Source of the DNA: an uncultured Thermococci archaeon
Lineage (GTDB): Archaea; Methanobacteriota_B; Thermococci; Thermococcales; Thermococcaceae
DNA length: 25,293 nucleotides
NCBI GenBank assembly: GCA_964487115.1
Contig: CAZAPD010000045.1
Span: forward strand, 1 to 25,293
Direction of reading: 5' to 3'
Positions 11,644 to 20,042 of the stretch are shown here, in pieces (within the stretch, counting starts at the first letter, position 1; every line of letters begins with the position of its first letter). The notes beneath the pieces are model-generated. The model did no database searches. It was not told the DNA's origin and was given only the letters and a program-made list of their open reading frames with translations. Position numbers and translations under genes: made by a program.

Positions 11644-12920
11644 AGTTTCTCCACCACCTTTGGAATTAGATCTTTTGGTCCTACTTCAATTATCTTTGTT
11701 TTCCCCATGAGTTTTTTCAGAAGTTTTTTCCTCTCCACATAGCGCATGTAAAGGAGTTTGAGCTTTTCTTCATTTAGGGTGTTCTTATCCATAAAAAATA
11801 TCGGGTTTGGATACAGAACTACTACTGTGGAGCCTCTCTTTTCGAGAATGTTTACAGCTTTCAGTATTTCCCTCGGATGAAGCCCTATATCATCTACTAT
11901 TATTACATAGGAATTGGCCTCAACTTTGAGGGCCGCTCTCACGAGACCCGATGTATAAATCCCCCTGCGCAATGAAAGAATCTTCCGGGTTAAGTGGGAT
12001 TCTCTCTCAAGGGATGAAGCCTTTATAGGAGGGATCCCTTTCTGGGGTGCAAGTTTAAGCTCTCCTACAAATGATTTTCCATCCCTTGGATTCGGAACAA
12101 CCTTAACGACCTTATCAGTATCATAGGCTATTCCGTTTATCATGTAGCCAAATTTCCTGAAATACTGAACAAGTTGAGCCGTTATCAGGATCAGGTAGTC
12201 GACTTTCAGGTTCTTCAGCTCGCGCCTGAATTTTCTATCGACATTTATTAGTAAATATATTTCGCTGAGGGTTTCCCTGTAGAATTCCTTAACTATGAGT
12301 TCGCCCAAGCGTGAGGTTGATTTCCAGTCGATTTTTCTCACATCGTCTCCTGGACGGAATTCCCTTAACTCCTTGAAATCCATGGTTTCAAGCCCTATAC
12401 CAAGTGCTCTTTCCACTTCAGCTATAGCCTCAACGGGTCTTTTTATTTTCAATGCCTCTCTGATACTCCTTGCAGAGGGCAGAACAAGAAGTTTCTCCTC
12501 CTTAAGGTGCATCTCCTTATAGAATAGACCGGGTTCATCCTCAAAGATCACATCTTCTCTAAGCGGTATGTATCCCTTTCTCTGGGGGACTATCGTCTGT
12601 TCAATGAATTTCACTTCTCCTGGTTTGAGTTTAACCTCAATATCTCTTGCAAAAACGAATTCAGATTCCTCTTTTATCTTGAGCCTGCCTGCGGTTTCTG
12701 AGAGATTTTCTACTTTGATACTGGCCTTCAGAGGTTCAAGTTCTGTACCTCTCTCAGGCAATCTCCTCTGCACTTTTATTTTCGGATTAAAGCTGAGTTT
12801 TGCCATAGTGTAGTATCCGGTTATTCCGGCAGCTATCAGGGCAGGTAGGATATTCCCTGTTAAGTATGCTCCTGCAGACAGTACTGCAGCCAGAGAGAGA
12901 AGTAAATCAGTTCTCTTCAT
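11640..12920 (-). CDS. DUF58 (COG1721) protein, MoxR partner
   Basis: Two N-terminal TM segments, an Ig-like region and FKELREFRPGDDVRKIDWKSTSRLGELIVKEF. Confidence 0.92.
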   Translation of the reverse strand: MKRTDLLLSLAAVLSAGAYLTGNILPALIAAGITGYYTMAKLSFNPKIKVQRRLPERGTELEPLKASIKVENLSETAGRLKIKEESEFVFARDIEVKLKPGEVKFIEQTIVPQRKGYIPLREDVIFEDEPGLFYKEMHLKEEKLLVLPSARSIREALKIKRPVEAIAEVERALGIGLETMDFKELREFRPGDDVRKIDWKSTSRLGELIVKEFYRETLSEIYLLINVDRKFRRELKNLKVDYLILITAQLVQYFRKFGYMINGIAYDTDKVVKVVPNPRDGKSFVGELKLAPQKGIPPIKASSLERESHLTRKILSLRRGIYTSGLVRAALKVEANSYVIIVDDIGLHPREILKAVNILEKRGSTVVVLYPNPIFFMDKNTLNEEKLKLLYMRYVERKKLLKKLMGKTKIIEVGPKDLIPKVVEKL

Positions 12921-13837
12921 TCAGTGGGCACCTCTACCCTGTCTAAGGCATCCATTACAATCTCCTTGCCTGTTATGTTGTCTATTTCATATTCGGGCTT
13001 AACTATAATTCTATGAGCCAGAACCGGGAGGGCAAGCTTCTTAACATCGTCTGGTATGACATAGTTCCTACCGCTGAGGTATGCATGCACCCTTGCAGCA
13101 TAAAGAAGGTGTTCTCCAGCTCTTGGTGAAGCTCCAAGTATTACCCTCTCATCCAATCGAGTCTCTTTCACTATTGAGTAAATGTAATCCACTATTGCAT
13201 CGCTAACGTGAACCTTTCTGAAGTCTTTCTTCGCATGCAGTATTTCCGATGATGGAACTACTTGTCTGGCTGCACTGAATTTACCAAGAGATTTTCTTTT
13301 GAGCATAAGTTTCTCCTGCTTTTCATCCAGATATGTTAAGTCTATCTTCATCATGAATCTATCTACCTGAGCCGCTGGAAGGTTGTAAACGCCCTCAAGC
13401 TCGATGGGATTTCTTGTCGCTATCACTATAAATGGTTCTGGAAGTCTAAGTGTCACACCTTCTATTGTGACCTGCCTCTCTTCCATGGCCTCAAGTAAAG
13501 CTGACTGGGTTTTAGGCGATGCCCTGTTTATTTCATCCACAAGAACAACATTGGCAAATATAGGACCCTTTCTCATTTTAAAGTCTCCTGTTCTCATGTC
13601 ATAGAACGTGTGTCCTAAGATATCTGCGGGTAGGATGTCTGGGGTCATTTGAATTCTAACAAACTTTAAACCAAGTGTGCTTGCAAAGTTTTTGCTGAGG
13701 GTTGTCTTGGCTATCCCAGGGATGCCCTCCAAGAGAATATGACCTTCAGCTATAAGAGAAATTGTCATGAGCTCGATTATTTCATCCATACCCACCACAG
13801 CTTTTCCAACTTCCGCTTTTATTTTTTCAAGTATCAT
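12917..13837 (-). CDS. moxR: MoxR family AAA+ ATPase
   Basis: HILLEGIPGIAKT, RIQMTPDILPADILG, DEINRASPKTQSALLEAMEE, ATRNPIE, DRF and GASPRA. ATG 13837 follows GGGTGA (alternative GTG at 13846). Confidence 0.96.
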   Translation of the reverse strand: MILEKIKAEVGKAVVGMDEIIELMTISLIAEGHILLEGIPGIAKTTLSKNFASTLGLKFVRIQMTPDILPADILGHTFYDMRTGDFKMRKGPIFANVVLVDEINRASPKTQSALLEAMEERQVTIEGVTLRLPEPFIVIATRNPIELEGVYNLPAAQVDRFMMKIDLTYLDEKQEKLMLKRKSLGKFSAARQVVPSSEILHAKKDFRKVHVSDAIVDYIYSIVKETRLDERVILGASPRAGEHLLYAARVHAYLSGRNYVIPDDVKKLALPVLAHRIIVKPEYEIDNITGKEIVMDALDRVEVPTE

Positions 13838-13838
13838 G

Positions 13839-14840
13839 TTAATCACCCATGCGTTCTATCATTGCAAGAACTTCCTTTTCATTCCATCCGTTCCTTTTTG
13901 AGAGTTGGATTGCCAGGGTTATTAAATCTTCTTTTTCCCCCCTGAAAAATCTGTCTATAAGGGATGATATAGGCTTAAGGAGATAATCCAAAACCCCAAT
14001 TTCAATCAGGAGTATAACAATGCCCATAATTATTAACATTTTTCTTGCCTTGTCGACAGGTAGGATTCTTGTAATTGTAACTGTTCCGGCACTATAGAGG
14101 TTAAAGTCCATGTGATGGGCTTCATCGATGTATACAGTGCCTCTACCAATATAGTCTATCAGATTGCTTATAAAGGGCTTGTTTTCAGTAAAAAATTGAT
14201 TTGTAAGGATATCTGGATCCGAGAGCACAATAACCTTTCCATCTCCATAAGGAATCTCGGTGAGTATGGGAAACTGGCCTTGATGGAAGTTGACCATAGC
14301 AACTTTACTTGAATAGACCTCTCCTTTTCCTGAGGCTGTAATGGCCGAGGGTTCGTTCATTATTATCCTGCTCACGTTTCTTCCAAGCACCGGATCATTT
14401 ATCCTGACGGTTACTATAATCCTATCATCCTTATTATAGAAAAAGTCTCTCAGTGGAGATTTTGAGATTCTCACAGAGAGATTAAGCTCCTTGAGTATCT
14501 GATCCCCATTTCCAAAGTCATCAGCTATAAAGAGCGTGTTTCCCCTTTTTACAAAGTCCTTGATCTGAGCGAGTTCAGCTGAGGTGTATGATACATCAGG
14601 AGCAATTACAATGAGAACCCCATTTTTATCCTTCAAATTCTCCATGTCAAAAGACTGGAAGAGAGGCACTACATCCACACCTTTCGAATGGAGGAGAATG
14701 GCAAATCTCGCTGTTCCATCCCAAGCAGTATTGAACATGCTGTAGGGAGTTGAGCTCTTGAAGATGGGAACTGTCAGTGGCATTGCTACAAGCGCCATCA
14801 TGAGTACTATCCCGGTGGTGTATACCACAAACTTTCTCAT
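13839..14840 (-). CDS. DUF4350 domain membrane protein
   Basis: N-terminal TM, YSMFNTAWDGTA, FVKRGNTLFIADDFG, GDGKVIVLSDPDILTN, DEAH and C-terminal TM. Confidence 0.88.
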   Translation of the reverse strand: MRKFVVYTTGIVLMMALVAMPLTVPIFKSSTPYSMFNTAWDGTARFAILLHSKGVDVVPLFQSFDMENLKDKNGVLIVIAPDVSYTSAELAQIKDFVKRGNTLFIADDFGNGDQILKELNLSVRISKSPLRDFFYNKDDRIIVTVRINDPVLGRNVSRIIMNEPSAITASGKGEVYSSKVAMVNFHQGQFPILTEIPYGDGKVIVLSDPDILTNQFFTENKPFISNLIDYIGRGTVYIDEAHHMDFNLYSAGTVTITRILPVDKARKMLIIMGIVILLIEIGVLDYLLKPISSLIDRFFRGEKEDLITLAIQLSKRNGWNEKEVLAMIERMGD

Positions 14841-16558
14841 CTATACCCCTCCAGAACCTTTTTGACTCTCTCTCTGAACTCCTTCTCTTCCTCTCCTGTG
14901 AGCGGCATGCTTCCATAGACCAGTTTCTCATGAAGCTCCGTTATTCGTTTCATGTCTTCATATATTTTGCTATTCCTAAAGAGCATGAGAGCTTCTCTTG
15001 GAGTGAGATTCTCGCTGATTCCCAAAATTTTCCTGAGGAATCCATAAAGCCCTGCCATGTCTTCGGGCAGACTAACCGCAGGTTTCTCCTCTTCAGGAAG
15101 TTTAGGATATCCTTCTCTCCTCACCATAGTCTTCTCCTTATGAGGCTTCTTTGTGTATATGGATGCTAAGATTAGGAATGCAAGAATTAAGAGTATCATG
15201 ACATACCTTTTCGCCATGCTTGGGGGATTGACAACATTTAGGATAATCACATTTGATATTGCTCCTGCATGGATGCTATCTCCCCTAAATTTTACATATA
15301 CCTTCAGTTTTCCTGTATCGTTAGGCTTTATGAAAAAGGAAAAACTGCCATTTACTGCGGTTATACTGATATAAGGTCTATTATTTAAATATACCACGAG
15401 TGGAGCTGAGAGGGAGGGTGTCATATTACCTGTGAATTCTATTTTCTCTCCTTTATACCCCTCCGAAGGACCGCTGAGTGTTATTGATGTCGGATATTTG
15501 CTGAAGATTAGGGAAATGTTCTTTGCTGCTGCTGAATGTGCATTATCACCCCGGAATCTGGCAGTGAGCTGTATGATTTGCGGAATATTTGAGGTATAGA
15601 TTGTGTAAAATGCCCCGTTTTCATCTGTAAGTAGTGTTCTGTTTCCAATAGAAATTTCCTTATGTTTAAGTGCATTCCCATAGTAGTCTATCAGCTGTCC
15701 TGAGACATTTAACTCGGAGCCCATCAGTCCACTGAATGTATCGCTCATTATGAAAAGCGAAGGGATTTTTCGAACTGTGATTGGGATTGTATTCGACCTA
15801 TTGGTTCCTTGGAGGGCATATATGGTGTAATTACCCAGCTTTCTAAAGGAGTACTCCACTGAGAACATGCCTTTCTTGGGGGAGGTGAATATCACCATTG
15901 AGCTGTTCTTTCCGAGTATAATTATCTGAATGCTATCATTTGAGGGAGTCGAGCCATATATTGTTATATTTTCGTGGAGGATGGGTTTTGTATTTGAAAT
16001 AAAGATTTCAAATTTTTCTGCATGAATCTTTGTGGAGGTTATCATTTCAAGAATCTTCCGCAGATAGCTTCGTACCCTTTCAGTCTGAGATGTAAAATTA
16101 AGAATTTTCGTTCCATTCATAAGTTTTATTGAATCAATAAGTTCGAGATCCTTATTCATAGTCTCAACCGTCCTTCGTATCCCTGCCACAAGTGCGCTGT
16201 TCGGCTCCTTCTGAAACTGAAGCACGAGTGAGGTTAACTCCTCGAGGTTTTGAGAAAAGTCATAAAATGGTGGTATCACCTCCATGACCTTAGCATTGAT
16301 GCCCTTATTTTGATAATAGATTGATTCGAGCTGTATAAGTTCAAGCTCGGTTGTGGTGTTGTTTGCAAGTTGAATGCTGTAGGGATTATTTTGGAGAGAA
16401 TACCTGAGTGAGTGTTCAAATTTAACAAGGGTCTTTGAGAAATATTCATATATGAAAATATCTCGACTAATGGGTTTTTCAACACCTTTTGCCGAGACTG
16501 AACCAATGCTGGAGCATATTATTAGAGCCACCATTATTACACCAAGAACCCTTTTCAT
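14837..16558 (-). CDS. Secreted, membrane-anchored Ig-like repeat protein with DUF4129-like cytoplasmic tail
   Basis: Signal peptide MKRVLGVIMVALIICSSIGSVSA, helical domain, about 3 beta-rich repeats (TDENGAF, ARFRGD, VKFRGD), TM segment, then LTPRE...HEKLVYG. More than 10 sequons. Confidence 0.8.
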   Translation of the reverse strand: MKRVLGVIMVALIICSSIGSVSAKGVEKPISRDIFIYEYFSKTLVKFEHSLRYSLQNNPYSIQLANNTTTELELIQLESIYYQNKGINAKVMEVIPPFYDFSQNLEELTSLVLQFQKEPNSALVAGIRRTVETMNKDLELIDSIKLMNGTKILNFTSQTERVRSYLRKILEMITSTKIHAEKFEIFISNTKPILHENITIYGSTPSNDSIQIIILGKNSSMVIFTSPKKGMFSVEYSFRKLGNYTIYALQGTNRSNTIPITVRKIPSLFIMSDTFSGLMGSELNVSGQLIDYYGNALKHKEISIGNRTLLTDENGAFYTIYTSNIPQIIQLTARFRGDNAHSAAAKNISLIFSKYPTSITLSGPSEGYKGEKIEFTGNMTPSLSAPLVVYLNNRPYISITAVNGSFSFFIKPNDTGKLKVYVKFRGDSIHAGAISNVIILNVVNPPSMAKRYVMILLILAFLILASIYTKKPHKEKTMVRREGYPKLPEEEKPAVSLPEDMAGLYGFLRKILGISENLTPREALMLFRNSKIYEDMKRITELHEKLVYGSMPLTGEEEKEFRERVKKVLEGYR

Positions 16559-16581
16559 GCCTATCACTTCCATAAAGAATA

Positions 16582-16593
16582 TAAAAGCTTTTA
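16582..16593. promoter_or_regulatory. Bidirectional promoter core, perfect palindrome TAAAAGCTTTTA
   Basis: Centre of the 59-bp divergent gap. Reads AAAAGCTTTTAAG on + and AAAAGCTTTTATA on -. Confidence 0.65.
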
Positions 16594-16617
16594 AGGTTAT
16601 CCAATTTGGGTGCTAAA

Positions 16618-17340
16618 ATGAGCAGGACTGTAGGAGCGGCTTTAATCGGCGTTGGTATCATCCTCTGGTATTATGGTGGTACTTCATCCAATACCACGTT
16701 CATAAACCTCGGTATCGGTTCTATTATCCTTGGATTGGTAGTTGCAGCTTTTCCTGCCAGAGGATATGTCAGTAAAGAGGCCCTTGAGTTAAGCTGTAGT
16801 GATATGAGTGGGTTTTTTGAAAAGATTGTAGAAAATCTTGAACTCGGGGGAAATCCCGTCTTTATCCCTCCCTATGAAAATCTCCCCCAGGGAGGAGTAT
16901 TTATCCCCAAGGTCAAGGACTTCAGATTGAGTCTTGGAAGGTTTGATGAAGGGGATGTTTTTGTTACAGGAAGTGAGCGAGAAACCGGGGTCTTGATAAG
17001 TCCTGCTCCGGGTTATGCCCTTCTTAGATATTTTGAGGAAAACTATGGGGAGATAAGGAACACAGATGTTGCCTATGCATCATCTGTGATCTCAGGGGGA
17101 TTAAGTGCTTTGGGTATCGGGAGTGCGGAGGTTTTTGAAGAGGATGATACTATGGAAGCATACATAAAGCCTCTCCTCTCGAAAGTTGATAGTGTCTGGA
17201 GTGATCCCATTTCCTCCGCGGTTCTCCTCGGCGTGGCAATGGCAACTGGCGAGCTTATCTCTGTGGAAGAGGTTCAGAGAGTTAATAATTACCTGAGATT
17301 AAAAATCCGAAAGCTCGGGAGTGTGGAAGAATGGCTATGA
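16618..17340 (+). CDS. Conserved archaeal membrane protein (2 N-terminal TM segments + soluble domain)
   Basis: ATG follows GGGTG. Two hydrophobic helices, then VFIPP...VFIP...PAPG. Divergent from the MoxR operon. Confidence 0.8.
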   Translation: MSRTVGAALIGVGIILWYYGGTSSNTTFINLGIGSIILGLVVAAFPARGYVSKEALELSCSDMSGFFEKIVENLELGGNPVFIPPYENLPQGGVFIPKVKDFRLSLGRFDEGDVFVTGSERETGVLISPAPGYALLRYFEENYGEIRNTDVAYASSVISGGLSALGIGSAEVFEEDDTMEAYIKPLLSKVDSVWSDPISSAVLLGVAMATGELISVEEVQRVNNYLRLKIRKLGSVEEWL

Positions 17341-17573
17341 GAGAGAACATGCTAATTTTTCTGGCCTTCTGGATTGTTCTGAGTGGACTTTTAAGCCCGT
17401 CCTTGAGGATTTTCCTGACTGTGTCTCTGATAGGAATCCTAATTGTTCTGGAGATTGGGGAGTTTTATCTTCCAAAAGAAACAAAAGAAATCCTGAAGAT
17501 TTCATCATACTTTCTCCTGCTGATATTTGCCTTCATAGTGGCTCAGAAGGTTTATGAGGTTATAAAAGGATGA
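17337..17573 (+). CDS. Small 3-TM membrane protein
   Basis: ATGA overlap with the upstream gene. Almost entirely hydrophobic, with a LIGILIVLEIG segment. Confidence 0.8.
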   Translation: MRENMLIFLAFWIVLSGLLSPSLRIFLTVSLIGILIVLEIGEFYLPKETKEILKISSYFLLLIFAFIVAQKVYEVIKG

Positions 17574-17632
17574 TCTCTAACCTGCTTTGATAACAATTCT
17601 TCCAAAAGATGCAACGTTTCCAACTTTCATGC

Positions 17633-17646
17633 AAAATATTTATATA
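17633..17646 (+). promoter_or_regulatory. BRE/TATA promoter of the RHH-sat operon
   Basis: AAAATA-TTTATATA, about 60 bp upstream of the RHH ATG. Confidence 0.7.
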
Positions 17647-17660
17647 CTACCTCCTCTGCT

Positions 17661-17690
17661 TAATTAAATGTCATTAAATATCATTAAAGC
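17661..17690 (+). promoter_or_regulatory. Three phased direct repeats T(A/C)ATTAAA, candidate RHH operator
   Basis: taattaaatg tcattaaata tcattaaagc, exact 10-bp period, between the TATA box and the RBS. Confidence 0.6.
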
Positions 17691-17704
17691 TGGAGGTGTT
17701 TGCT

Positions 17705-17932
17705 ATGGCAGATGAAAAGAAGTATACAACTGTTTCGATTCCAAAACCCCTCTATGACAAGATTAAAGCAAGAATAGAAGGAACTGGCTTTACTTCAGTT
17801 TCAGACTATGTTACATATGTTTTGAGGGAGGTCTTGGCAAGCTTGGAAGAAGAGGAGAAGGAGGAGGTATTCAGCGAAGAAGAAGAGGAGAAAGTTAAAG
17901 AAAGACTTAGGGCTCTTGGATACCTCGATTGA
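17705..17932 (+). CDS. Ribbon-helix-helix (CopG/Arc/MetJ) regulator with acidic linker and RLRALGY tail
   Basis: YTTVSIP (beta strand), KPLYDKIKARIE, GFTSVSDYVTYVLREVL. GGAGGTG RBS. Confidence 0.9.
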   Translation: MADEKKYTTVSIPKPLYDKIKARIEGTGFTSVSDYVTYVLREVLASLEEEEKEEVFSEEEEEKVKERLRALGYLD

Positions 17933-17933
17933 A

Positions 17934-17948
17934 TTTTTAACTCTTTTT
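17934..17948 (+). terminator. Possible leaky oligo-T terminator between the RHH gene and sat
   Basis: tttttaactcttttt directly after the stop codon. Confidence 0.35.
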
Positions 17949-17959
17949 AGGTGATAATT

Positions 17960-19099
17960 ATGGTTTCTAAGCCGCATGGTGGGAAGTTAATCAGGAGAGT
18001 GGCCGCTGAAAAGACGAGAATGAGGATTCTGAGTGAGCAGCATGAATACCCTTCCGTTGAGATAGACCATGGAAAAGCGATTGACCTTGAGAATATAGCC
18101 CATGGAGTCTACTCTCCACTGAGAGGTTTCCTTACGAGTGACGACTTTCAAAGCGTCCTTGATCATATACGTCTCAGCGACGACACCCCTTGGAGTATTC
18201 CAATAGTTCTCGATGTTGATGAGCCCAATTTTGAAGAGGGTGATGCCATTCTGCTCTATTACAAAGACACTCCCATAGCGAGAATGCATGTGGGTGAGAT
18301 TTACACATACGACAAGAGGGAATTTGCCCAAAAAGTATTCAGGACTACGGATAAAGCTCATCCGGGCGTTGTTAAAGTGTATTCAATGGCCAAATACCTT
18401 GTCGGCGGTGAAATCGAGCTCCTCAATGAAGTGCCGAATCCCTTCGAGAAGTACACCCTGAGGCCAGTTGAGACGCGGGTGCTCTTTAAGGAGCGCGGGT
18501 GGAAAACCATTGTGGCTTTCCAAACAAGGAATGTGCCACATCTCGGTCATGAATACGTGCAAAAAGCAGCTTTAACGTTCGTTGATGGCCTTTTTATCAA
18601 CCCAGTCCTTGGGAAGAAGAAGAGAGGGGATTATAAAGATGAAGTAATAATCAAGGCTTATGAAGCCCTCTTCAAGCACTACTACCCGAGAAATGCGGCG
18701 ACGCTCGCAACAGTACGCTATGAGATGCGTTATGCTGGACCAAGGGAGGCAATCCACCATGCAATAATGAGGAAGAACTTTGGAGCAACTCACTTCATAG
18801 TTGGGAGAGATCATGCAGGAGTTGGCGATTACTACGGCCCCTACGAGGCTTGGGAACTTTTCGATGAGTTTCCCGATCTGGGAATAACCCCAATGTTCAT
18901 ACGTGAGGCTTTCTACTGCAGGAGATGTGGGGGAATGGTTAATGCCAAAATATGCCCACACGAGAGAAAGTTTCACGTACATATAAGCGGAACAAAGCTC
19001 AGGAGAATGATAACGAGCGGTGAAAAGCCGCCTGAATATATGATGAGACCTGAGGTCTATGAAGTGATAAAGAGCTTTAAGAGGCCCTTTGTAGAGTGA
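17960..19099 (+). CDS. sat: Sulfate adenylyltransferase (ATP sulfurylase)
   Basis: PHGGKL, YSPLRGF, FQTRNVPHLGH, MRYAGPREA, GRDHAGVG, zinc site CRRC...CPH, SGTKLR and MRPEV. Confidence 0.98.
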   Translation: MVSKPHGGKLIRRVAAEKTRMRILSEQHEYPSVEIDHGKAIDLENIAHGVYSPLRGFLTSDDFQSVLDHIRLSDDTPWSIPIVLDVDEPNFEEGDAILLYYKDTPIARMHVGEIYTYDKREFAQKVFRTTDKAHPGVVKVYSMAKYLVGGEIELLNEVPNPFEKYTLRPVETRVLFKERGWKTIVAFQTRNVPHLGHEYVQKAALTFVDGLFINPVLGKKKRGDYKDEVIIKAYEALFKHYYPRNAATLATVRYEMRYAGPREAIHHAIMRKNFGATHFIVGRDHAGVGDYYGPYEAWELFDEFPDLGITPMFIREAFYCRRCGGMVNAKICPHERKFHVHISGTKLRRMITSGEKPPEYMMRPEVYEVIKSFKRPFVE

Positions 19100-20037
19100 T
19101 TTCCATGTTAATTATACATCACTGGGACACAGATGGCATAACTTCAGCGGCCCTTGTTGCAAAAGCTTTGAGGTTAGAAGACTTCACTAACCTGAGCCCC
19201 CCAATAGGAGAGTTCAGATTTGACCTGAGGATTAGAAAAGCCATTGAAGAGGCCAAAAATATCTACGTCCTCGATCTCAATTTAGTCCACGAAGTCGAGG
19301 GCATAGAGAAAGAGACCGTCTTCATAGACCACCACATCCAGCCGAGAATCAGAAATCCAAGAATCAAGCAGATAAATCCATTACTGGAGGGAAATGAAGT
19401 CCCCTCAGCCTCCTTCGTGGTTTCATCTTATTTTTCCCTCTGGAACGCTTGGAGCGCTTTGGGAGTAATCGGCGATATTGGAAGCAAAGCCTTTGAAATT
19501 CCAAAAGTTGGAGAGCTCCTAAGAAAAGAAGGGCTTACAAAGGAGGAAGCTTTGAGATTAGTTCAGCTCATTGATTCAAATTACATCGTAATGGAAAGGG
19601 AGAGCGTGGAGAAGGCCGTTGAAATACTTTTAAGCTCAACTCTCAGAGAGCTTTTGGAGTACGAGCCGTGGATCAAAAACGTTGAGGCTATAGAAAGAGC
19701 AATCCAAGATGCCTTCTCCCATGTAGAGCCAAGGGATGGGTTTGCGTTCATAGAATTCGTGAGTCCATTCAATATAATCTCAAAAATTGCGAGGAAAGCA
19801 GTATGGAAAGCTGGCTATGAAGGGGCAATCGTGGTGAACAGGGACTTCCACGGGAAAGGCCAGATATACTTTAGAATCTCCTCCAAGTTGAAAGGGAGAA
19901 TAAACATGAGTGAGATTATTGGCACTCTCAAAGAAAAGGGCTTCAACGCAGGTGGAAAAAGCGAGGTTTTGGGCTGCATTTGCGAAAAGGATAGAATAAG
20001 CGAAGCTTTAGAGATAATTAACTCTTATCTGAGGTGA
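19096..20037 (+). CDS. DHH family phosphoesterase, likely PAP (3'-phosphoadenosine 5'-phosphate) phosphatase
   Basis: HHWDTDG, VLDL, IDHH, GD and AGGK motifs. The PAP role is inferred from context. The start may be ATG 19105. Confidence 0.85.
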   Translation: MISMLIIHHWDTDGITSAALVAKALRLEDFTNLSPPIGEFRFDLRIRKAIEEAKNIYVLDLNLVHEVEGIEKETVFIDHHIQPRIRNPRIKQINPLLEGNEVPSASFVVSSYFSLWNAWSALGVIGDIGSKAFEIPKVGELLRKEGLTKEEALRLVQLIDSNYIVMERESVEKAVEILLSSTLRELLEYEPWIKNVEAIERAIQDAFSHVEPRDGFAFIEFVSPFNIISKIARKAVWKAGYEGAIVVNRDFHGKGQIYFRISSKLKGRINMSEIIGTLKEKGFNAGGKSEVLGCICEKDRISEALEIINSYLR

Positions 20038-20042
20038 TTGAG

